Origin: Ostrea edulis | Taxonomy: Eukaryota | Length of the DNA stretch: 64,000 bases | Assembly (NCBI RefSeq): GCF_947568905.1 | Contig: NC_079173.1 | Location: 30,752,001-30,816,000 of the forward strand | Direction: 5' to 3' | Shown: piece after piece, positions 26,168 to 38,028 of the stretch | Position numbering within the stretch: position 1 is the stretch's first letter | Layout of the letters: every line of letters starts with the position of its first letter | Program-made: the position numbers and the translations under genes | Notes under the pieces: generated by a model | What the model was told of the DNA's origin: nothing | Database searches by the model: none | What the model saw: only the letters and a program-made list of their open reading frames with translations

Positions 26168-29100
26168 ACATCGGTAATTATTAAATATCCCTATCACATG
26201 TTGTACATGTATGTTTTTCATTTACTGAATATACTAATTCGCATTCAAAACAGGAATTGCCTGCAAGTACGCATTATTTAAACATAGAATTTAAGAATAT
26301 TTTAATGAAGAAAGAAGACTAAAAGAAAAAAAGTCAAAACCAGGTTTTCTTAAAAACATAATATATAGTGTTTGGTATCGTTGGAATCGGCTCAATATGC
26401 TGAAAAACAATATAAGTATCAGGGGGGAAAATATTGACATTTTTTCTTTTCTTAAAATTCCACCCTTATCTTGATTATTTGGCCTGCGGCACATTTTCAC
26501 ATCTCCCGCAAGGCGCCCATGGCCAGAACAAAGCTCTTAGCAGCTGTGTGTATTCGCAAATAACACACAGTGGAACACGGAGGACACGGTGTATCTCCGT
26601 GGATTTTCCTCCGTGGTCTTTCCACGGTGGGGTGTATAAAACTCGTGTCGTGTACTGTATATTATTCAAGAGGCATATACAACATGTCATATATATGTCT
26701 CTTATTACTCTTACATAAGTTGACTCAATTCTATTTCATACAAGAAAAATTTAGGAGTATTTCATAGCCTATACTTGGCTACATTAACCTTAAATAAAGA
26801 CAAGAAATGAGTTTCTATATGTTTATTAATCATGTTGGTAGTGTAAATGACATATAATACTCATCATTAACATTAAATTTGCAGTCTAGAAAAAGTCACT
26901 GATGACAAAGTTATTGAAGATTAATTACTGTAATCATGCATAACACATCATCATAGTTCACATCACATTTTTAAAAGAATTCTCTTAAGAATCCTGATTT
27001 CATCTTGAAATCCAGAATGACAAGGTGGTCCTTTAGTGAATATCATCATGTAGAGGAGAAGGGACTGAAATAAATTTTAAATGGTTTGAGATGATGTGAA
27101 GTCAAAAGATGACAGCATAGCAATTTCAGAAGAACCTACAATTTTGCGTTTCTTCATGGCCATTTTCTAAATAGTTCAAACCAAAGACCTAAAGAATGAT
27201 GCAATTTTCCAACATTCCTCCATTTATACACTATACCACCATCAAATGGATTAGAAAATGTAGCTGAACATTCAATAGTTTAACTTTCTTGCTGAAATCC
27301 TTATTGTACTGTGATGAACCGACAAATTACATTTTATGTTTTTATTGTCACGGAAGTATTTTAAATTATCTAGCTTGTGTGCACAATCACACGCTTTTTA
27401 TTCCACCCAGTCCAAAACAGGCAGCTCCCCATTAAATTGAGTAATGACTTGGGGTATCTCCCTAGTATATTACGATATGTAGGCAACTCGCATGTGCAAA
27501 GTTCATTTCATTCACACCTACCTGCACATCAAGGATCAACCCTTTGTATTGTGTAAACTGCTAAATAAACAAGACACCCCTAAGTCTATTGTTCCCATGC
27601 GACAGGGTATCCACATTCTGCACAAGTAAAACAGCCCTGAGGCTGTTTGGATGCCAACAGATGAAATTCAAGATGGCGCTGCGATTTTCTAAAATACGAA
27701 ATGTCCGTGTCGCTTTTCCGGAATATCTGTCGCATTTTTTTCTGAAAAATCGCAAAATGCGACAAATGCGATGGGCAGCGCAAGCCCTGCTATGGGACTT
27801 TGTATTTCTATGTCAGATGCAAAGTTCACAAAACACAAGTTCCAAATCCAGGGGGTGGGGGGGGGGGGGGGGGGGGGGGGGGGTGGGGGGGTAATTTTTA
27901 ACAAATTCTTTGTCCTTTTCTATCAAGAAATTATTGTGAAGTTGATCGCAGCTTTTGGGAACAAAGTTATATTTGATGTTGTAAATATGCTTATGTACCA
28001 AGAATGTGTTGCTCTCATTAACTATCACGCTCAAATACATGTACTACTTCTCCCAGAATGCATCAGAACTGCGAGCATCATATACTGCTTTGAAGGAAGG
28101 CAAGGCAAAAATTCCTATTCCGAGTGCTCAGGAAAACACGGAATTCCAGCAGTTCTATCAGAAAATTAAAAATAATCAGAAGATCAAAAGCACCAAGCTG
28201 ACCACACCCGCTACCAATTACTGCCAAATGCTGCAGGAAATCTCAGAGGTTCAGCGGTTTGAGGTCACCTATATGGATATAGCTGAAATTAGTGCAAAAG
28301 GTGAGTGGGGAACAGATAGAGGTCACTTGCACAATTCTATTGGTCAGGAAATGCTATGTATTTTTACTTTAAATGTAGAACTACAACTCCCCGCACTAAA
28401 TTATAATGATTGTAACTAGAAAACTATGTCAGAAGAAAAAAATCAGCAATCAGAAAAATAAGACATCAAATTATATGGACTAGTGGTATTGATGTAAAAA
28501 TGATAAGTTGTACATATGCATATGTTGTACATGTTATTGACTGATTTTAATGTTACTAGACTGTTGTACATGTTATTGACCTGATTTAAATGATACTGGA
28601 CTGTTGTACACATTATTGAATGATTTTAGCATTACTTGGCTGTTTTACATGTTATTGACCTGATTTTAATGTTACTGGACAATTATAAATGTCATTGACT
28701 GATTTTGATGTTACTGGACTGTTGTACATGTTATTGACTGATTATAATGTTACTGGACTGTTGTACATGTTATTGACCTGATTTTAATGTTATTGACTGA
28801 TTTTATTGTTACTGGACTGCTATATACGTTATTGACCTGATTTAAATGTTCCTGGACTGTTGTACATGTTATTGACCTGCTTATAATGTTACTGGACTGT
28901 TGTGCATGTTATTGACCTGATTTTAATGTTACTGGACTATTATACATGTTATTGACCTGATTTTAATGTTACTGGACTGTTGTACATGTTATTGACCTGA
29001 TTTTGATGTTACTGGACTATTATACATGTTGTTGACTGATTTTGATGTTACTGGACTGTTGTGCATGTTATTGACTGATTTTGATATTACTAGACTGTTG

Positions 29101-29359
29101 TACATGTTATTGACCTGATTTTAATGTTATTGGACAGTTGTACATGTTATTGACTGATGTTAGATATTCTGGATGAGTTGGGAGAAGATATGTTCTTAAG
29201 AAATATTCCTCTTTTCATTTAGGTCAGCGGCAGTGCTTGGTGCAGCTATCCACAATGCCAGTAGCTGTTTGTCATGGCGTGGGTCCAACAGTGGACGAGG
29301 CCCACGCACATGCAGCCCACAATGCATTGCATTACCTCAAGCTTATGACAAAAACGTAA
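20820..29359 (+). CDS. TARBP2: RISC-loading complex subunit TARBP2/PRKRA (loquacious)-like, three dsRNA-binding domains, 6 coding exons, 321 aa
   Basis: Coding exons: 20820-20985, 21781-21889, 22819-22994, 23300-23433, 28057-28300, 29223-29359; total 966 nt. dsRBD1: GKTPISFLQE...GTSKKKAKHGAA. dsRBD2: GNPVGELQE...GPPHNREFICTV...GSGRSKKTAKRSAA. dsRBD3: NYCQMLQEISEVQRF...CLVQLSTMPVAVCHG...AAHNALHYLK. Intron 3 must use a GC donor. TARBP2 versus PRKRA orthology cannot be settled from the sequence alone. Confidence 0.93.
21040..21172. repeat. 27-bp minisatellite, about 5 copies
   Basis: Unit atatatgtggataatggttatatcaat. Confidence 0.8.
21352..21757. repeat. 29-bp minisatellite, about 14 copies (TARBP2 intron 1)
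   Basis: Unit gtgtttatatacagtgatgtaatgagctg. Confidence 0.95.
23758..26657. mobile_element. 2.9-kb TA-flanked non-autonomous TIR element (Tc1/mariner-like) in TARBP2 intron 4
   Basis: Perfect 22-bp TIR cagtacacgacacgagttttat; TA on both sides; subterminal ccacgg/ctccgtgg repeats at both ends; no transposase ORF. Confidence 0.75.
28510..29160. repeat. 39-40-bp minisatellite, about 16 copies (TARBP2 intron 5)
   Basis: Unit atgttactggactgttgtacatgttattgacctgatttta. Confidence 0.9.
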
Positions 29360-30409
29360 TAGTGGCTCCCAGGAAATATCATAGCTTCACTGTGTACACA
29401 TGGTCTCTATGGTAATCTGTTGTCTTATCTGAAAACTATTTTTAGTATTTTGGTTTATTGGGTTTAGGTAGACTTTATCTAGACCTGGTCTTGAATTTGA
29501 AATATTTTCGATATATTTTGATATTATCTGACTGATTCTGGAAATTATTTTTTGACTTTTTACATTTTATGATGTTAAAAACTATTAAAGAGAAGTTTCA
29601 GGTTTGGAGAGCAGCGTTAACCATGGATTTTGGTTCCATTGTGCAATATGTGAAGTTATCCTATAGCCTGGGTGTAAATAGATTTTACATTTTTTTTTAT
29701 GATTGTAGTATTGTGATAGTTTGTATGTGCTCCCATTCATTATAGGTAATTAAAACCCATTTGTGCTTTTGATATGAATGTTATGATACCGTTATGTTTT
29801 GTTGTGCTTAAATATCCTCATCTTTGCAAAAAGTTTTTGAAGTTCATTTAAGTGCTGTAAATGAAAACTGAAACTACATGTTTATATATCATGTGTTTAA
29901 AGAAATTTTGGAATAATACCAGCTGATACACACACACACACACACACACAAATGCACACATTCATTTCATATAAGAGGACATGTGCAATTTTGAATTTGA
30001 ATATTCATTAATTGTGTATTAGAATTTTTATATATTTCTATTATATCATTTATTATGTGTAAAATTAAATACTTGATATTCTGAGAAGTTGTACAATTGG
30101 TTTTTTTTTATTTTTTACTGTGCATTGTCTATACAACTTGCATTTATATCTAGATGCATAATGATATTATTCTATGAACTGAATGAAGTCAGGAATTTTG
30201 ATAACATGATATAATAAAGCACAAGTCGTAAATATCCATTTTAATGATTTGTGTGGGTGGGGAGGGGGTATTGGAGTTGCTCGTTTTTAATATTCAAGGT
30301 GTTGCTTTTCATTTTGGCAGGTGAAATAAAGGTGCAAAACAAAATCGCAAAATTTCCATATTTTGTGCAAAATGTAAATCTGACACAAAAGTGCCTATTC
30401 TTGAGGAAA

Positions 30410-31222
30410 ATGAACTAGATATTCTCCACACTCAAACTAAATACCGGTATTCTCCACACCAGAACTAAATATTCTCTACACTCAGACTAAATATTCTCCA
30501 CACCGAAACTAAATATTCTCTTCACCAGAACTAAATATTCTCCACACCAAAACTAAATATTCTCTTCACCAGAACTAAATATTCTCCTCACCAGAACTAA
30601 ATATTCTCCACATTAGAACTAAATATACTCCACACCAAAACTAAATATTCTCTACACCCAAACTAAATATTCTCCACACCAAAACTAAATATTCTCACCC
30701 AAACTAAATAATCTCCACACCAGAACTAAATATTCTCCACACTCAAATTAAATATTTTTCACACCCAAACTAAATATTCTCTACACCAAAAGTAAATATT
30801 CTCCACACCAGAACTAAATATTCTCTACACCCAAACTAAATATTCTCTACACCCAAACTAAATATTCTCCACACCAGAACTAAATATTCTCCACACCAAA
30901 ACTAAATATTCTCCAAGCCAAAACTAAATATTCTCCAAACCAAAACTAAATATTCTCCAAGCCAAAACTAAATATTCTCCACACCAAAACTAAATAATCT
31001 CCACATCAAAACTAAATAATCTCACCAGAACTAAAATTCTCCACATCAGGACTAAATATTTTCCGCACCCAAACGAAAAATATTCTCTACACCAAAACTA
31101 AATATTCTCCACACCAGAACTAAATATTCTCCTCACCAGAACTAAATATTCTCCTCAGCAGAAATAAATATTCTCACCAGAACTAAATATTCTCACCAGA
31201 AATATTTTTCTCACCAGAACTA
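30410..31222. repeat. 22-bp minisatellite, about 37 copies
   Basis: Unit ccaaaactaaatattctccaca. Confidence 0.92.
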
Positions 31223-32039
31223 CATTCAGTGTAGATACTGTATAAGAATCCATCATGAATGATCATTTTGTTATTGAAATGCCATTAAGTGTTCACTGTG
31301 AGAGAAAGAACTGTTTGAGGAAAGTAAGCCCGAGACCACCTCTCTGAATGGACAGCTTGAGGTGTTTTTATATGCCCATCAAAGATGGGACGTATTGTGG
31401 TATGGCGTCAATTTGTCTGCACTGTCTGGACTTCATATGCAAAATGAACCGTAAGCTCCAAGATCTTGCAACTTGGTACATTTGATCACCATTATGAGAG
31501 GAAGTTGCCTATTTGTCAAAGATCAAGGTTACAGTATCAATTAATAGGAAAACCTTGTAGACAGAATACAAACTGAACTGTTTGGGATAGGACCATCAAC
31601 TTGGTACACGTACACCTTATTCAAAGTGGAGGATGCTTATTGTTCCTCAAGGTTGTAGTATCGCTGTAGAAAAACCTTGTCATCGTTATGGATACAGAGA
31701 TTACCCTTAAGTTTAGTCACAAAGTTCTTCTTTGGGGAAAATGAATTCAGTTTGCAGTTCAGCTGGATTAGTGCACCATGACTTATATGTACTTCAGAGG
31801 TAAAAGTAGGTCAAACAGTATTCCAGATTTTTTCTCTCTTTTTGGTTGACTGTCAAATATTCTTCAGTCATTTAAAAATTTGTAACGGACATTGTTTGAT
31901 TTTTTATGATGGTGAAATAAAATTATCAGTTGTCGATTTCATTGTTGCATAAGCAACAAGAGCACAGCAAACTGTACAATATACAAATTCAACCTGGAAA
32001 CTTATAATACACTCTGAATTGATATAACACACATTCTGA

Positions 32040-33202
32040 ATAGAAAACGTTAAAAGTAAGCCATGGTGCACTAATCCATCTGACATGTGAACTAATATGT
32101 ATTTCTTTGAGAGGGAGGTTGTAACAAAACATCGGTGCAATATCTATGATTAAAAGTCCTAGAAAACATTTGATCTACTTTTAGCCCTAAAGTAGGTCAT
32201 GGTGCACCAATTAAGTTGAAATGTGAACGGATTATGTATTTCTTTGAGAGGGAGGTTGTAACAAAACATCGGTGCAATATCTATGATTAAAAGTCCTAGA
32301 AAACATTTGATCTACTTTTAGCCCTAAAGTAGGTCATGGTGCACCAATTAAGTTGAAATGTGAACGGATTATGTATTTCTTTGAGAGGGAGGTTGTAACA
32401 AAACATCGGTGCAATATCTATGATTAAAAGTCCTAGAAAACATTTGATCTACTTTTAGCCCTAAAGTAGGTCATAGTGCACCAATCCAGTTGAAATGCTA
32501 ACTGCACTTGTATACTTCCGAGAGGAAGCCTTTGACTAAATACCAGGGCAATATCTGTATCCGTAATGAAAAGAAGCCTGGAAAATTGTTTGACATATTT
32601 TAGCCCAAAAGTAGATCAAGGATGGACCAATCCAGCTGAAATGCAAAACGAACTTGTAATCCAGCAAGATCTGTTTTCATAACGAGAAAAAAGCCCGGTA
32701 AACTGTTTGGCCTATTGTTAGCCCAAGAATGGGTTAATCCAGCTGAAATGCATACTGAACTTGTATTCCTCCAAGAGGAAGCCTGTGACTAAATTTCAGG
32801 GCAATATCGGTACCCATAATGAAAAAATCCCGGAAAACTGTTTGACCTACTTTTAGTCCTAATGTAGGTCACAGACGGACGGGCCAATCCAGTTGACATG
32901 CAAACTGAACTTGTTTTCCTTTGAGAGGAAGCTTATGTGTAAATTTTAGTATCTGTAACGAAAAATGTCCGGAAAACTGTATGACATACTTATAGTCCTA
33001 AAGTAGGTCAACGACGGACCAATCCAGCTGACATGCAAACTTACACTTATTGAGGGAGAAATTGTGATCAAATTTTAAAGTCGAACATGCATTTGTTACG
33101 GAAAAAAGTTCCGAAAACATGACCTCGGACGAACAGCCAGACAGACGCACGGACAGCGCCATAAAATGATACGTCCCGTCTAATGACGGGTGTATAAAAA
33201 CC
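32040..33202 (-). mobile_element. Non-autonomous Helitron-like element with a 137-bp tandem array
   Basis: Near-identical 137-bp units (atttctttgagagggagg at 32101, 32238, 32375) decay into older units. Terminal cgtcccgtctaatgacggg hairpin followed by gtataaaa. Confidence 0.7.
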
Positions 33203-33363
33203 CGAGGTGTAAAAACAGTAGATAGGACCGCGGAAAAGCCATAAAATAGTTCTAAATTTAACAACGGGTTTAAGGAAATACACTGCGTCCAACCAAGTTG
33301 AAGACATGCATGAAACCGATATGGTCTCAATAAGTATTACATTTTTAACCCATGCATGAGATG

Positions 33364-35560
33364 TGAAGATAACGAACAGTGATCAATCTCATAACTCCTA
33401 TAAGGAATACAAATTGAGAGTTGAGCAAACACGGATCCCTGGACACACCAGATATAGGATCAGGTGCTTCAGAGGAGTAAGCATTCCCTGTCGACTGAGA
33501 CCTATATCTTGAGCAGGTAAACGGAGTAATCTGTAATCAAAATCAGTGTGCCAAAGACAGCCTAGCAAGTGGTAGGAAGCTAGTCATACACCATTTGAAC
33601 TAAAGGTAGGTTGTATTGGCAAAATAGGTCATTATAATGACCATAGAATTTGCGAAATGTTGGCTTTAAACGAGCTTGTTTGTCGTTAGCCTGCCTCGAT
33701 TTCAAAATTGATCATATGCACAAGCTCTTGTGTGTTGAAGCAGTTGAGAGATATAAACACCATATTCAGGTGATGACGGAATATTGCTATATAAATGTGG
33801 GAACTTGACGATGGAGAAGCTGAAATCATCCCGTTTGTCATTATACGCCCGTTTTTAGATGTGGCGTATTGTGTTTATTTGAAAATTATTGTTATATTGA
33901 GTGTACATAATTTGTCCGGCTAACTCCTCCCACAATTTTCAAGTGAGGATCATCTTGTTTTACAGAGTGTCTGTATGGATATTGAAGATGTGCATGTGGC
34001 AAGGATTTTGGTTTTCTTCAATTTTTGAGAAAATTATAGGTTGTTTAACTTGATCCCTTTTTGAGAAAATATTGCAAAGAGAGTACATGTACATGATTTG
34101 TTCAGTGAACTCCTCCCACAGTTTTCAAGACATAATCTTCCTTTACGGAGTGTTTATATAGGTATTAAAAATGTGCATGTGGCAAGGATGTTGATTTCCT
34201 TCAATTTTTAAGAAAATTACAGGTTGTTGAACTTGGTCAGTTTTGAGGAATATTGTATTGAGATTACATGATTTATCTTTTATTTTTCCTTCTACAGTTT
34301 TCAAGTGAGGACCTTCTTATTTTACAGAATATTTGTATGAGTATGGAAGATGTGCATGTGGCAAGGATTTTTGATGTTCTTAAATTTTTAAGAAAATTAC
34401 AGATTGTTGAACATAGTCTTTTTATAGGAAATATTCATATTATGCAAAGAAAGTATGTCACAGCCTGATGATGGCTGATTCTACCTGAAGCAAAGTTCTA
34501 CAAAATATGACTTAAGAAAAACACCCTATGTAAGCATTTTCACGGGCGTATTATGTACCGTTTGCGGTACTCTTGTTTATATTTCTTGTGGAAGTTTATA
34601 ATATGTATCTTTGTAATGATAATCTTTGATTAATCCTTATATATTGGAGAATAATGGACGCAGTATTGCTTTGATCTTTGCAATAACCCTGGTAGAATTG
34701 TCGTTATGTTCAGTGAAACATCCAAATATGTAATATATTGTAGAAGACTTTGGTATGTTCTTTTTTAGATCATCAGTATATGGTGATAATAGAGAAAGTC
34801 GATGTATTTTTTTTAACTTTCGAGTAGAAGGGCACAGGTCAGCTAAGAAAGGAGCACAATTTGTGGCATTAGGAATTCCAATAGATTTCTTTTAGACTAA
34901 ATAATAGATATTGTCAATGAGAAACTCCAGCATCTTTTTAACAATTTTAGTGTACTTGTGTCCAGAATCAGAATGGCGTTTTTCAAAGTAATTTTTAAAC
35001 GATTGATGATAAGATACTAGACATTTCCTTGTGCCATCTTTAATGGAAGCAGCAAATGATGTCGAAGAGGCTAGTCTTTAATTCATCATGAGGAATGGTG
35101 GTGTAAAGTATAAAAACAAAAAACAAAAAAAAAACACCATTCACTGGATACTGCAATGTATCTTCTGTTGTAAGGCTTTTTTGTGAAATTTGTTAATCCA
35201 GTATAGGTAAGGCAATTTCTCAAACTCATTCGTCCCATTCACTTGGATATAAAATGTGTTTAAAACTGAAACGAGATTTTGAAGAGTTTCATATTTTGAA
35301 AGAGAACTTGTTTACTAGATATGGAATTAAAGCTAAGCTCTTTTAAAATACAGTTGTAATAATGAGGTTTACAAACAAAGACAATGTTGTTACAAGCTTT
35401 GTCAGCTGGAACGAAAACATATTCCTCGTGTAACTTACATGTATTTAGCTCTTTCATCACTTCTGGTTTAATAAACACAGAAGGATAGATGGTATGCATG
35501 TTTGTTTTAATGTGTCTAATACAAGATTTAGATGTTCCTCAGATACTTGTTATAATATCC
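33364..35560 (-). mobile_element. Naiad-type Penelope-like element, 5'-truncated and degenerate, interrupted by a Helitron-like insert (33841-34540)
   Basis: 3' end gtgaagataacgaacagtgatcaatc at 33364; RT C-terminus to 33840. Further remnants: GIPNATNCAPFLADL near 34840, and IYPSVFIKPEVMKELN...LHEEYVFVPADKACNNIVFVCK at 35260-35499. Confidence 0.8.
33841..34540 (+). mobile_element. Non-autonomous Helitron-like element inserted into the Penelope-like element
   Basis: ttatacgcccg left end, repeated gatgtgcatgtggcaaggatt units, cacgggcgtattatgtaccgtttgcggtactcttgttt right end. Confidence 0.65.
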
Positions 35561-36034
35561 ATTCTGAAAAAAATTCAAGTCCTTCCTCTTCATATTTAGT
35601 TCATCGTTGAGCCTAATCTAACATATTTCATAATGAAGATGAAATTCTGTTGCCATTGAAAGGTCGGTGGTCCCTGAATTTCTAACCTTTTATAATGAGT
35701 GATTTGAGGTAATCAATTTCACCTACATTTACCTGACCAATAGTGACCTGTCCATTTTGAACTAAATTAGTTGAATGAAGAACAGGAAGATTTTGTTTAG
35801 ATGTTCCAAGCACTGTAAACTATACCTATAATTAAATATTTTGAATGTATTGATTGATTGATGTTTTGAATGTAATAGTTGCAGAATATTTGTATGAAAT
35901 ACAGGGTGTAGACATGAACTTGAAATACGATGGAATACAAGACTGAACTTGTTTATGACTAAGAATTTCAGTTTAAGAAACTGACAGCGTAATTTAATTG
36001 AAAGAATTTTCCTCCGTGACCCCTGCTGATTTAA

Positions 36035-36517
36035 AGAGGCATGGACACGATTTGAGCTAAAAAATTTCAAATTTTATTTTTCCATTTTTATTGTTTACAA
36101 TGATTAACTAAAGTATTTCTAATGGTCAACCAAAATTTGAATATCAGTTGTTGAGTTACAAGCGAGATACAGCACCCACAATTCTTTGTTATGTAAACAA
36201 GGCTCGTGCCATGTTTTTGTTTACATATAGATGGTTTAATAGAAAATAGCATGTTTAAAACGAGATGTGCCAAACACTAGAAACTATTTAACTGTACGAA
36301 TGATACGAATACTATTATATTTACCTACGTAAACAAAACATTGCACAAGCCTTGTTTACATAACAAAGAATTGTGAGCTCTGTATCTCTCATGTACCTTG
36401 ACAACTGACATTCAAATTTTTGCCAACCATTAGAAATACCTTCGTTATGCTTTCTAAACATTAAAAATGGAAAAATAAAAAATTTTAATTTTCGGCTCAA
36501 ATCGTGTCCATGTCCCT
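36035..36517. mobile_element. Kolobok-like MITE
   Basis: ttaa|agaggcatggacacgatttgagc ... gctcaaatcgtgtccatgtccct|tcaa. Confidence 0.65.
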
Positions 36518-36748
36518 TCAAATGTATGATGGGCGACATCAATGATCACAAAATTCAGTCTTTATTCTGATGTTGAAAAATTGAAATATGGGCTTGTTTT
36601 AGCTTCTTCAAATACGTTTAAAGAAACAAAGTAAAGAATTGTGCGAATATGATGTAGACCTAATTGGTTGGGTTTTTTTTTTACGCAAGGTAAAGACGAG
36701 TCCGATGATACACACTGTGCACATATGTTCCAACATTGTAACTGTCAT

Positions 36749-37733
36749 GATAACGAACAGTGATCAATTTCATAACTCCTATTAAGGTGAAGATAACGAA
36801 CAGTGATCGATCTCATAACTCCTATAAAGGTGAAGATAACGAACAGTGATCAATCTCGTAACTCCTATAAAGGTGAAGATAACGAACAGTGATCGATCTC
36901 ATAACTCCTATAAAGGTGAAGATAACGAACAGTGATCGATCTCATAACTCCTATAAAGGTGAAGATAACGAACAGTGATCGATCTCATAACTCCTATAAA
37001 GGTGAAGATAACGAACAGTGATCGATCTCGTAACTCCTATAAAGGTGAAGATAACGAACAGTGATCGATCTCGTAACTCCTATAAAGGTGAAGATAACGA
37101 ACAGTGATCGATCTCCTAACTCCTATAAAGGTGAAGACAACGAACAGTGATCGATCTCGTAACTCCTATAAAGGTGAAGATAATGAACAGTGATCAATCT
37201 CGTAACTCCTATAAAAGTGAAGATAACGAACAGTGATCAATCTCGTAACTCCTATAAAGGTGAAGATAACGAACAGTGATCAATCTCGTAACTCCTATAA
37301 AGGTGAAGGTAACGAACAGTGATCAATCATATAACACCTATAAAGGTGAAGATAACGAACAGTGATCAATCTCGTAACTCCTATAAAGGTGAAGGTAACG
37401 AACAGTGATCAATCATATAACACCTATAAAGGTGAAGATAACGAACAGTGATCAATCTCGTAACTCCTATAAAGGTGAAGGTAACGAACAGTGATCAATC
37501 ATATAACACCTATAAAGGTGAAGATTACGAACAGTGATCAATCTCGTAACTCCTATAAGCAATACAAAATAGAGAGTTGGGCAAACACAGACTCCCTGGA
37601 TATACCAGAGGTGTAATCAGGTGCCTAAGACGAGTAAGCATCCCCTGTCGACCGGTCACACCCGCCGTGAGCCCTATATCCTGATCAGGTAAATGGAGTT
37701 ATCCGTAGTCAAAATCAGTGTGCCAAGAACATG
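36749..37733 (-). mobile_element. Naiad-type Penelope-like 3' end carrying about 19 tandem copies of its terminal 43 nt
   Basis: 43-bp unit aaggtgaagataacgaacagtgatcgatctcataactcctata at 36749-37558, continuing without a break into the same family's 3' UTR at 37559-37733. Confidence 0.88.
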
Positions 37734-38028
37734 CTTGAGATGCAGATAAAAGAGGAGATGCAGATAAAAGAGGCGATACAGACACAGATAAAAAGTAATT
37801 CACTTTTCTACCAAATTTAATAGGACTTGGTATGTTGACAATGTATGAATTTTATACATTGTATGATATAGTTCTACAGAAAAATGCATTTCATCATTTG
37901 AAGAGAAATTCTATTTCAGAGAGCAGTTAAGTATATTGCCCTTAAATGCATTGAGGATATCATGGCTTGATTCTCAAATAAACTCCTTAATGTTAGATAG
38001 AATTTTAAATGGAATGAAAAAACAACAT

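Noticed and set aside
27589-28169. Poly-Gly and poly-Pro ORFs
   Set aside because: Artefacts of an intronic poly-G run. Only 28057-28300 is a real exon.
36749-37558. Regular 43-bp array as a CRISPR array (also the 46-, 45- and 42-bp arrays)
   Set aside because: Units are head-to-tail with no unique spacers, there are no cas genes, and the context is eukaryotic.
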